Below are positions 51,476 to 62,258 of a DNA stretch of 62,258 nt, piece after piece (position 1 is the first letter of the stretch; the number at the start of each line of letters is the position of its first letter). The stretch is from NCBI RefSeq assembly GCF_006345805.1, contig NW_021834894.1, positions 1-62,258 of the forward strand, in the 5' to 3' direction. Below the pieces are notes generated by a model. That model ran no database searches. It saw only the letters and a program-made list of their open reading frames with translations, and was not told the DNA's origin. Source of the stretch: Octopus sinensis (Eukaryota). The translations under genes were made by a program, and so were the position numbers.

Positions 51476-52011
51476 CAGGGTATCCCTGAAGACACCATCT
51501 AAAATGTGAATATCTGAGTAGCTACACGTCCTAAGCAAACGAAATTAAATAGGCATCATATTGAACAATAGAAGATATATTTATCAAAATTCGAACAAGA
51601 GATTCAGACGGATGTAGATTTTATAAGCGATTTCACAAAACTTCGCAAATGTCCAATATACGAACCAACTATGACACGGCACACGTCAAGCCCTGCCAAA
51701 CACGCTGTAATATGTCTTGCTTAACATTCTCCAGTACTTCAGAGATTTTCTGCTTGAGTTCCTTTTGGCTTGTAAGAAGAGGTGGAATGTAGACCTGTCC
51801 TTTTACACAGCCCCATATAAAAAAAAATCACAAGGTGCCAAGTCAGGTGAACGTGGTGACCATTTCAAGAGCACATTATCATTGTCAGTGGCATGTCCGA
51901 TCCAAACTTAATTTTTACACGTTTTTGTTAAAATTTAAGACCATTTGAGCGAGAATTAGCCATGTTGTTAGACTACGAAATGATGTCAGTTTGTAGTGGG
52001 GGGACACGCTG
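51476..52011 (-). mobile_element. 536-bp internally deleted Tc1-like element
   Basis: TA-CAGGGTATCCC ... GGGACACGCTG-TA (9/11 match). Minus-strand remnant WIGHATDNDNVLLKWSPRSPDLAPCDFF.WGCVKGQVY...QDILQRVWQG..DVCRVIVGSYIGHL. Confidence 0.85.
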
Positions 52012-52592
52012 TATTATCTTTCATCTTTTAAATTATACTTGTTTTAGTCTTTGACTTGCGGCCAAGTTAGGCACAACATTGAATGGTATTTCTATTCGAA
52101 CGAACTCACCCCAGATCTCTTGTTTTTTGCTTTTCAAAGTGCTACTTATTCTGTCGGGTCTGCATTTGCCGAACCGCTAAGTTACAAATTAGGAGATCAT
52201 CAAAATAATACCGGTTGTCAAGAGATGGTGTGGATTGAAACACTGATACAAAGACCCACACATAGATGCACAAACATGTGTGCACCCATCCCCCCACATA
52301 TATATATGCGATAGGCTTTCACACAGTTTTTGTCCACCAAATTCACTTACAGGGCATTGATCGGCCTGGTGCATGGAGGAAGACACTTGCCGAAAGTACT
52401 GTGCGATTGGGACTACACTCGAACCCACATGGTTGTAAATCAAGCTTCTTAGACGTAGTGATGACTGCACCCATAGTGTATCTGGGACTACATTATGCTA
52501 CATGTTACTATGGGGTTTTTTTTAAGAGAACAGACTAACACTAAGAGAGGGAGCATTTAGCTACTACTTTTACCAGATCGAGCTAGTCAGAG

Positions 52593-52741
52593 CAGGCATA
52601 GACAAACTGGTTCGAGACGCAGGCCGCAAAATATATGGTTCATCATCAAGCGAGCCACACCACTACAAGAATTAAAGGTAATTTTTTTTATTTGGTGTGC
52701 CATTCAAAGAGTCCCGCGGGCCACAGTTTTCTCCATGACTG
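52593..52741. mobile_element. 149-bp hAT-like MITE
   Basis: CAGGCATAGACAAAC ... GTTTTCTCCATGACTG degenerate TIRs, subterminal GGCCGC/CCCGCGGGCC, 8-bp flanks AGTCAGAG / ACTTAGAG (6/8). Confidence 0.65.
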
Positions 52742-52892
52742 ACTTAGAGACTTATTCAATGGTACCGTAGCAGTATCTTTTATCTAATATCATGAGATTT
52801 TGGCCATGCTGGGGCACCGCCTTGAAAAGTTTTAGTTCATCAATAGACCCCCAGTACTTTCCTTTTAAGCCTGGTACACAATCACACACACA

Positions 52893-52952
<60 letters not shown>

Positions 52953-52967
52953 ACACATATATATATA

Positions 52968-53008
<41 letters not shown>

Positions 53009-54247
53009 CGACAGGCAACTTTCAGTTTCCGCCTACCAAATCCACTCTCAAGGCTTAGGTCGGCCCGAGGCTATAGTAAAAGACACATGCCCAAGTTGCC
53101 ACACAACTTGTAAGTGACAGTCTGTCTCCGTTGCTGAACTGGTTCACAGGCGGTCGTGGGAGACAAACACAGACAGAGAACAAACACATACATATACATG
53201 TGCGATCGGCTTCTTTTAGTTTTCGTCTACCAAATCCACTCACAAGGCTTTAGTCGCCCCGAGGCTATAGCAGAAAAAAAAAATTGCCCCAAGGTGCCAC
53301 ACAGTGGGACTGAACCAGGAAACATGTGGTTGGGAAGCAAATTTCTTACCACACAGCTACGTCTATATGCTGATTTTTCTTTTGTGCAACGTTGAGAATG
53401 CTTGTCAAAGATTCCACCACCTTTCCTTTAAATGACGCTAGACGTTGTATCATCGTATGTCATAGTTTGAATAACTAAAATATAATATAATATATAACAG
53501 AAACAAAATGAAAATCGTTTGTTATTCTTCCATTTCTGATAGATAGAAAGGAGAGTTTTATTTCAACCTTACATTTTCTAGGTTCAGTGCATGCATCATA
53601 CATGAATTATATCGTTTGTTGTTCTTCCTATAGTTGCTGTTGTGCATTTCTGACATGAATACATTGATTGTATTTTAGCGGTTATAGATCAAACATCAAT
53701 GATTTTTCTTTTTCTCGTGCAAGGAGTGGATATGACATGATTTTCGTTCCTCAAATTTTTTGCTGGTGAATTTCTAGGAGAAGGAAATATGAACTGCAGA
53801 ATTACATAACTTATAAACATTGAAACATGAAGGGTTAAAACGTAACAAAACCAATGTATATATATATATATGTGAGTGTGTATGTATGTATGTATAGGTG
53901 TGTCTGCGTTCTTGTTATTTCCTTCACTTTCCGTTTGACATAGGGGGCTTCATATGAAACGCGATAGACAGCATCTTCAGCGAAAAGTTTTAGATGTCCA
54001 TTTTGAACAGGGAATAGCCGGCCAAAGATGGAAAATGCACCTAATGTGATAGTGGCTTAAACATTGACATATGCACTTAATAAACCATTCCTGGCGTGGC
54101 TGTGTGGTAAGTAGCTTGCTTACCAACCACATCGTTCCGGGTTCAGCCCCACTGCGTTGCCTCTTGGGCAATGTCTTCTACTAAAGCCTCGGGCCGACCA
54201 AGGCTTTGTGAGTGGATTTGGTAGGCGGCAACTGAAAGTTGCCTGTC

Positions 54248-54286
<39 letters not shown>

Positions 54287-56060
54287 TATATATATTATAT
54301 ATATATATATATGCATATATATGTGTGTGTGTGTGTGTTTGTGTGTCTGTGATTGTCCGACCCCCAACATCGGTTGACAACCGATGCTGGCGTGTTTACG
54401 TCCCCGTAACTTAGTGGTTCGGCAAAATAGACCGATAGAATAAGTACTAGGCTTACAAAGAATAAGTCTTGGAGTCGATTTGTTCGACTAAAGGCGGTGC
54501 TCCAGCACGGCCGACGTCAATTGACTGAAAGAAATAAAAGAAAAGAAGAAACATCTATTTATCTATCTATCTATCTATCTATCTATATATATATATATAT
54601 ATATATATGACTGTGTGTGTGTGTGTATGTAGTTAATATTCAGTTGTGTCTAATAAATCTCAAGAGTTATTTTACATAGTGATTTCTCATTTGTATTCAT
54701 TTATGAAGCTAAGTCATAGAATATCGTACATACCTTGCAATCAAACAACAAATACATACATACATATGGGTGGCCAAAAGTCACCCGACAGTAAATCAAA
54801 ATTCCATAAATACCTAATTTTTAATTCTGTTTATTCCTTCCAATTGTGAATGTTTAATAATTGAATGCTGTGAGTTAAAATCACCGTTTTTTTTTTTAAC
54901 ATTTGTCTATTAATTAGCGAAGTCTCATGTAAAATTCTCTTTCTGTTTTACTCTTGGAGATAATTTACTCTTGGAATTGATTTACTGTCTGGTGACTTTT
55001 GGTCAGCAATGTATATATATATATATATATATACATATATATATTATCTTTTACTTTTTTCAGTCATTTGGCGGTGGACATACTGGGACACCGACTTCAA
55101 GGATTTTACCCAAACACAGCAACCGCAGGACTTTGTCTATCGGATTCTTTTGTCGAATCGCTATGTTACGGTGATGTAAACAGCCTAATATTGGCTGCCA
55201 AGCGGTAGTCGAGGACCAGCACAGGCACAAAGACAAATTCACATAAACACACATGCACACACAAACACACACACACATTTAATATATATACGACGGACTA
55301 TTTTTAGTTTCCATCCACCAAAGCTACTCACAAGGCTTTGGTCGGCCCGAGGCTATTGTAGAAGACACTTGCCTAAGGTGGCAGGGAATGAACTCAGAAC
55401 CGTGTGGTTGGGAAGCAAGCAACTTAAGACCCACCCATCCCTGCGCCTATATATATATATAATATATATATACAATATATATAATATATACTACAATATA
55501 TATCGTATAAAATTTTTACGATAGTTGATTTATGGAAAAGATTATGTAAAATTTTTGAAATGCAAATATGTGAATAAAAATTAAGTTCAGACCTCTGCAT
55601 GGTAGCTAGACCTGGTAGGAATAGCAGCCAAATCTCCCTCAAACACCCTACTGTCTTAATCCGACAACTCTGCCTATTATGTAGTTTGGATGTGAAACTG
55701 TAACTATAGATTAAGATTATTAACCCTACAAAGTGGTGAAAGAACAGAGACAACATAGCGAAAATTTTGTCATCCTCTACTCTCCTTGTTGCTAGCGAAA
55801 CGGTATATGCCGGCTGTGCGAGCAATTCGTTGTTTTAATGGCGGAAAAAAACAGGGGAATTCCATTAGAAAAAGTTTTAATCGATTTTATCGGTAACTAT
55901 GGTGATTAGGAAAAAATACAAACCGCATTCCAATCTATGCACCCGTCTCCACATGTGTGCCATTTTCACGCGAATCCACCCAGCCGTTTGGCTGTGAACC
56001 TCAAGACAAGAAAGAATACAGCGATCGCCCATGTCCAATTTATATTATAAATATATATTT

Positions 56061-57170
56061 GTAGTTTCAGCTCAGAGCTGTTGCTATGCTGGGGCACCAC
56101 TGTTTTGCTACGCTGGTATTATTGAGAGCCTCCTCTAATATGTGGAATTTGGTGAATAAAGGAATTTGATGTCGCTACCCTCATTTGCACTTCTTGCTGC
56201 GAGGTAGGTTTATCTGAGACTCTCGACAGGAAGAGGTCTACTTTTGATTTGAAAGCACCTACTTCCAATTTGTGTATATCCCTCACGTTATTTGGGAGAA
56301 TATTTTAAAGCTGTGGGCCCCTGAAACACAGGCTATTGCAGTAACTAGTCTTGAAACGTGATGTAATTGCTGGCATATTTGGCAATGTGCAATGTCGATC
56401 CGTTCCGGCATTGGTGTATCTTTCAATGCCAAAATTTGGCACAATCTCTTCCTGAATCTTCCAGATGTATATTACTGCATATCTCAGCTGTTTCAGCCTT
56501 TCCCAGTAGCTGAGCTGTTGCAACGAGATGATTATCTTTGTGAAGCTTCGCTGGATTGCTTCAAGGTACACTGTTAATTTTACACTGTTGGGTGACCATA
56601 GCTGGGAGCAGTAATCCAGGCGGCTGAGGACAAATGTTTCTTCAGAGGACCAGCATGGTTTTCTTCTTTCTGGTCCTGAACATTCTAAAAAATCTATCCA
56701 GCCAGTCGTCTGCACATTGAGACCATCCTGGTAATGTGCATTTGGAAAGAGGTATCATCACTCATGTCGATACCCAGGCCCCTCACTGATTTAGTCTCTG
56801 TGATTGTAATCCCCTGTGGACCAGTGTCACATGTGAGTTTTATATTCAGTTTTGGTTGCTAGTAGCGCAGGGCTTGGAATTTTTCAGCATTAAACTGCAT
56901 ATTATTGTCCTTGATCTGTTTGTAAACTGAGTCCATCTGCTACTGCAGGTGTGCAACACCACTGGGGCTTTGAATTTTTTGCGGGACTATCGTATCGTCT
57001 GCCTAGCTAGCAAGGGTCGCTATCCGGGCAGCTGGAGGCATAACTGAGAGAGCCACTATTAACAGCAGTGGCCCCAAGACAGTGCCCTATGGAACACCGC
57101 TCACTATTTGTGTCTTCTTTGAGGTGGTTCCAGTGGTAACTACTGCCCGACTTTTATCTTTCAAAAAGTC
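56061..57170 (-). mobile_element. 5'-truncated CR1/L2-type LINE, copy 1 (RT motifs to 3' tail), pseudogenised
   Basis: QIVSGVP*GTVLGPLLL...TLAS*ADDT; FVLSRLDYCSQLWSP...EAIQRSFTK...YWERLKQL...YIWKI; tail GTGGTGCCCCAGCATAGCAACAGCTCTGAGCTGAAACTAC. Confidence 0.9.
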
Positions 57171-57436
57171 ATGTAGAGCAATCTTCAGCTACACAAAGAC
57201 ATAGAATTTAATTAAATTTGAACAGATGGACACATTAGTATAATAATACTTAAAATCTCCAAGAAGTGAAGGAGATAGACAAAGAACATGTCGTTTCTAT
57301 GCCGAAGTAGATACAATATGTTCTTTGTCTATCTCCTTAACTTCTTCGAGATTTTAGGTATAATTATACTAATGTGTCCATCTGTTCTAATTTAATTAAA
57401 TTCTAAGTCTTTGTGCTGCTGAATATCGCCCTACAT
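57171..57436. repeat. Foldback palindrome: 121-bp arms (57171-57291, 57316-57436), 24-bp spacer
   Basis: Arms align as reverse complements with roughly ten mismatches by eye. Confidence 0.9.
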
Positions 57437-57564
57437 TTTAAATTGATGTAATGATTGCATTGTTCAATTAATGGAGTTGCATGAAACGATCGTATTGCAT
57501 TACCTCTGGATATCCTTGCTGCTTATTTTGATTTTAATGTATATATATATATATATATATATAT

Positions 57565-57635
<71 letters not shown>

Positions 57636-57699
57636 ATATATATATATATATTATATATATATATATAATATATATATATATATATAATATATATATATA

Positions 57700-59330
57700 T
57701 ATAAATTCGGGGTGAGTACTTGATAATTATAAGCACCTGTGTATACCGTTTGGTGGTGTAGGTGGTGGAGTAAATTGATCAAAATAAAATAAAAACATGA
57801 TGCGAAGGATTCAGCGGTACATATGTTTCGGGCCTTTATTAGACAGATTTATAACAATGTATAATGTATGTCTGTGGCCTTCTTCAGCCGCGCACAACAG
57901 CTTCCACAAGGACATGTGTTACATCAAAATTCTTGGTTGGGGATGCAAATCCTCTCATTCACGTACGACATAATGCGGCAGCAGCATAGAGTTGAAGCGT
58001 CCATCTCTTTCTTCTCTCAATGTAGAATGAGGAAAATTGGATGTTGAGGTAATGTAAATAAATAAATACATATATAGAGGTGAAGATGGAGGGGCGAGAG
58101 TTCGGGACGAGGGATAAAAATGTATAAAAAGTGTAAGTATAGAATAATATAAAAATGTAGAGGATAAAGGGTTGTAAGTAGATGTAAAGGGGGTATAAAG
58201 AAATATAAAGTAAAAATAGAAATAGAAATAAAAGTAAAAAAACCTGATAAAAACATGAAAAAGTGTAAAAGAATGTAAAGATAAGGGATGTATAGAGGTT
58301 ATGGACCAAGCATGGTGGTCAGGAGATTGATAAAATTTAGTTGTAGAATTGTCAGTACATCAACAGTTTCGTCTGGGGACTTAATGCGTTGTAAATCAAG
58401 CTGATGAGCATTTAATCTGGTTCCTTGAATTAAATGGACTTCTAGTACATACATATCATCATGGATATATACACCCACATACACGCGTACATATACGCCT
58501 CCAAGCCTATAAGCATACACACGCACTCTCGCGTGTAAACACGTACATAAACACACCGCACCCACACGCACGCGCGTACACACACATACATACAACAGAA
58601 TATCCGCATATATACACGGACATTACGCGCGTACACGCTCACATGTATATACGCGCGCCCATCACTACATACACACACGTATATGCCCACGCCTCTAGGT
58701 CCAGGTATAAGATATTAAAGGATGTGTATAAGAACGTATGTAAAGAATCCCGTACTCATGTCAATACGCGCACGCACACACGGCTGTGTGTCCGTATGTG
58801 CGTGCACATATACACTCATATACACACACAGAGACACACGCGCACATGGGTATAGCTATAAGATATCGAAGTATGCATGTACATATATGCGCGTGCATAT
58901 GTATGTATGCGTATACACACGTACGCGGACGCTCGTATATTCAAAAGGTGGATCCATAGGTAAGTAAATAAACATATATAGAGGTGTAAAGCGATAAGTT
59001 AGGGGTAAGAATGAGGGTAAGGGTAAAGATTAGAAATAAAAAATACAGTATAAGAAATACAATGTAATAGTTAGAAATGAAGTATAAGAATGATAAAAGT
59101 TATAAGAGTTAAGGTAAGGGATGAAAATGAAAATGAGAATAAATGGAAGTAGAATAAAAGTAAAAATAAAATTAAAAATAAAATAAAAATAAATGGAAGT
59201 AGGATAAAAGTAAAAATAAAAGTAAGAATAAAAATAAAATAAAATAAGATAAAAATATAATTTTGTAAAGTTTTAACATGAGATGAAGGTGGTTGAAAGT
59301 TAGAGGTGTGTGTTAACGTAGGGGCGGGCG
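57700..59330 (-). mobile_element. Probable Penelope-like element 3' remnant (hammerhead, pyrimidine-rich minus-strand tracts, set between (TA)n arrays)
   Basis: Contains the hammerhead below plus T-rich minus-strand low-complexity blocks (57960-58300, 58960-59330). No RT or GIY-YIG motif was recognised, so the assignment is inferred. Confidence 0.45.
57814..57891 (-). ncRNA. Type I hammerhead ribozyme motif, second family
   Basis: GCGG-CUGAAGA-A-GGCC-(ACAGA...UCUGU hairpin)-GGCC-C-GAAA-CAUAUG-UA-CCGC. It has an intact core, a 4-bp GC stem I, a self-complementary ACAUAUGU stem III and a GUA triplet. Confidence 0.75.
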
Positions 59331-59453
59331 ATATATATATATATATATTATATTTATTTAATATATATATTTATTTATATATATATTTATTTATATATAT
59401 AATTTATATATATATATATATATATATATTTATTTATATATATATTTATATTA

Positions 59454-59487
<34 letters not shown>

Positions 59488-59537
59488 ATATATATTTATT
59501 ATATTTATTTATATATATATATATATATATACATTAT

Positions 59538-60760
59538 CTAGTTTCAGCCCACAAGCTGTGGCCATGCTGGGGCACCGCCATTTGATTTTGCTACATAATT
59601 TTACTCCACGATGCTTTTTAGGAATTGACATTTGGTGCATGACGGAGTTTGATGCCGCTGCTCTCATCAGCACCTCCTGCCACGAAGTTGGGTTATCTGG
59701 GACACTTAACAATAAGAGGTCCACCTTTATTTTAAAAACGCCTACATCCACCCTATGCAAGTCTCTCCTGTCCCAGAGTTTGGGACGAGTCCTTCCAGGA
59801 TCTTCCAGCTGTATATTATGGCATATCTTTCTCGCCTACGCTCTAAGGAATACAGTCTTAATCTCTTCAGTCTTCCCAAGTAGTTTATATGCTGCACAGA
59901 GGCTATCTTCTTCGTGTAGCTTCGTTAGATTGCCCCAAGTTCTGAGATTAATTTGACACTGGTTGGTGACCATAGCTGAGAGCAATAGTTAAAGTGGCTT
60001 AGGACAAGTGTATTCCATCATGGTTTCTTGATCTCTTGTTTTAAATGTTCTAAGAATCCATCCGCTCAGCCGCCTGCATTTCATTGCCAATTTAGCAACA
60101 TGCACAAGGAAGGATGCATCACAATTCATGTAAATGCCCAGGTTTCGCACTCACTATGCTTCCTTCTGGGATTGCAATTCTTCCAGGTCCAGTTCAATGT
60201 ATTTAATGGGTATTGCATTTAGTTCTGCATACTGAGAGCACAAGGTTTGAAACTTTTTAGCATTAAAATGCAGGCTATTCTTTTCAGCCCACTTGTATAT
60301 TTCATCCAGCTCACATTGCAGGTGCATAGTGTCTTCAGGGTTCTGTATTACCTGTGAGAATTTTGTATCATCTGCCTAACTTGTGATCGTGACTCTCTGT
60401 ATGGCTGAGGGCATGTCTGACAGGGCCATTATGAAAAGTAGTGGTCCCAAAACAGTGCCTTGCGTAACACCGCTCACTATTTGCGTGTCATTGGAGGTGG
60501 CCCCATTGAATACTACAACCTGACTTCTATCCTCCAGCGAGTCATGAAGACATTCTTCCAATTTTCCAACTATGTCGAGATCAGGTAGCTTCTTCCTGGT
60601 CGAAAACCATGTTGGGTGTCAGGCAGCAAGTCATTATCTTCAAGGAAGGTGATGAGTTTTCTTCTGACTATTCGTTCTATGAACTTGCTGATGTGCGACG
60701 TCAGAGAGATAGGTCTGTAACTTTTGGCCTCCTCTCTGCTACCGCCTTTATGAATAGGGC
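59538..60760 (-). mobile_element. 5'-truncated CR1/L2-type LINE, copy 2, pseudogenised
   Basis: KGGSREEAKSYRPISLTSHISKFIERIV...TQHGFRP; SGVTQGTVLGPLLF...ITS*ADDT; FVLSHFNYCSQLWSP...RLRLYSLERRRERY; tail GGCGGTGCCCCAGCATGGCCACAGCTTGTGGGCTGAAACTAG. Confidence 0.9.
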
Positions 60761-60769
60761 ATATATATG

Positions 60770-60807
60770 AATATATATAATATGTATATATATGGTATAT
60801 AGTATAT

Positions 60808-60855
<48 letters not shown>

Positions 60856-61238
60856 TGTGTGTGTGTGTAATATATATGAATATATATAATACAGTTTATA
60901 TATATATATGTATTATATATATATTATATATATATTGATATATAGATGTATATATATATATATATATATAATATTATATATATATATATATTACACAAGA
61001 TATATATATAATATATAAAATATATATATATATATAGATATATGATATATGTATTGTATATATATATAGTATAAATATATTATATATTATATACATATAG
61101 AGTACATATATAAACATATATATAATATATATATATTATTATATATATATTTATAATAATATAAATAATTATTCATATATAATATATATATAAATTTCAT
61201 AAATATATAATATATATAGAGTATAATATATATATATA

Positions 61239-61272
<34 letters not shown>

Positions 61273-61275
61273 TTA
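60770..61275. repeat. (TA)n low-complexity array
   Basis: Direct reading. Confidence 0.9.
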
Positions 61276-62168
61276 GCAACAAGAAATTAAACAGAGATAG
61301 AATTGACAATCAATAATTGCTACGATAAATTAACTAAATAGAAATTTTTTGTTAGGTTTCTTTTCATATTTATTATGGAATTCTCCTTCTGCTAAAAAAA
61401 TAAATGAAGAACATATTTTATCAGTTACTTTAAATAAACGTTTTTTTTTATATCAATAGCTTTAAATAAGTAGAAGAGGTATTATATATTAAAAAAATAT
61501 CAGTACAATTTATATTTTTTTACACGTTTTATTACAGTTACTAGATGAAGTAAGACCCTGGTACTTAAATATATACATGTATATTATTGTTGTACGTTAT
61601 TATAATAGCGAAAGATTGTGTTCGATCGACATAAACGTGTTTGGTTTAATATTATTTGAGATATATAGAAATATATTTCGATAGTTGTAGATTCTACTTA
61701 CTTAATTATGTTGTCGTTTTTAATTGTATTTGATATGTATCTGAATGGCTAACACTCACACTCATGTTATATAGGCATTTGAATTAACTTTTTTACAAAT
61801 TATCCGTCCTTTTATAGGGAATTTCTTCAAACCATGGGCTCTGATGAGGCTTATATAAGGGAATTGAGTTGTTTATACATCAAAAAATGTATATAAGTCG
61901 AAACAAATTGTTGGCTATTTTTGGTTTTTTAATACTTGTTTATGTTATCTTATATCATATTCATAATATATTATGTTATATTATATTCTTTTACTCTCTT
62001 ACTTGTTTCAGTCATTTGACTGCACCGCCTTTAGTTGAGCAAATCGTTGAACAATAGTACTAATTCTATCGGTCTCTTTTGCCGCTAAGTTACGAGGACG
62101 TAAACACAACAGCATGTTGGGGGGTGGGGTCAAATACAAAACACACAACACACACACACACACACACA

Positions 62169-62236
<68 letters not shown>

Positions 62237-62258
62237 TATACGGTAGGCTTCTTTCAGT

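Noticed and set aside
61838-61870. CTGATGAG-GCTTATATAAGG-GAATTG as a hammerhead
   Set aside because: The core 5' half is present but GAAA is absent and stems I/III are marginal.
1-62258. Several hundred short ORFs in the track, including long Y/I/C/V/H/T-rich ones (e.g. 14861-15481, 26739-27419, 28765-29574)
   Set aside because: They are translations of di-, tri- or minisatellite repeats and SINEs; many start at TTG/GTG; no domains.

Overview
Very AT-rich, microsatellite- and SINE-dense eukaryotic DNA. The repeat landscape looks like a coleoid cephalopod, probably Octopus (inference from recalled repeat families, not a database match). I can support only one protein-coding gene: a Golgi alpha-mannosidase II (GH38, MAN2A-like) whose whole 1305-codon coding region (40903-44820, +) is one uninterrupted exon behind a strong splice acceptor. 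Almost all other ORFs in the track are microsatellite or transposon artefacts. The rest of the window is layered mobile DNA: several tRNA-headed SINE families, RTE and CR1/L2-type LINE fossils, four Tc1/mariner elements (a young ~1.3-kb mariner sits inside an older mariner), piggyBac-like and hAT-like MITEs, a 121-bp-arm foldback and a ~400-bp higher-order tandem array. The most interesting signal is RNA-level. A ~250-nt repeat with a tRNA/Pol III head carries a Penelope-type minimal hammerhead ribozyme in its tail. It occurs at four loci, three with clear inverted pairs and one with only a 7-nt inverted remnant, and three retain a fold-back junction at the head. A second, unrelated hammerhead with an intact core lies at 57814-57891 (-). 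Together these suggest a Pol III-driven, self-cleaving non-autonomous retroelement mobilised by Penelope-like machinery. That is a hypothesis: catalytic activity and novelty are untested here.
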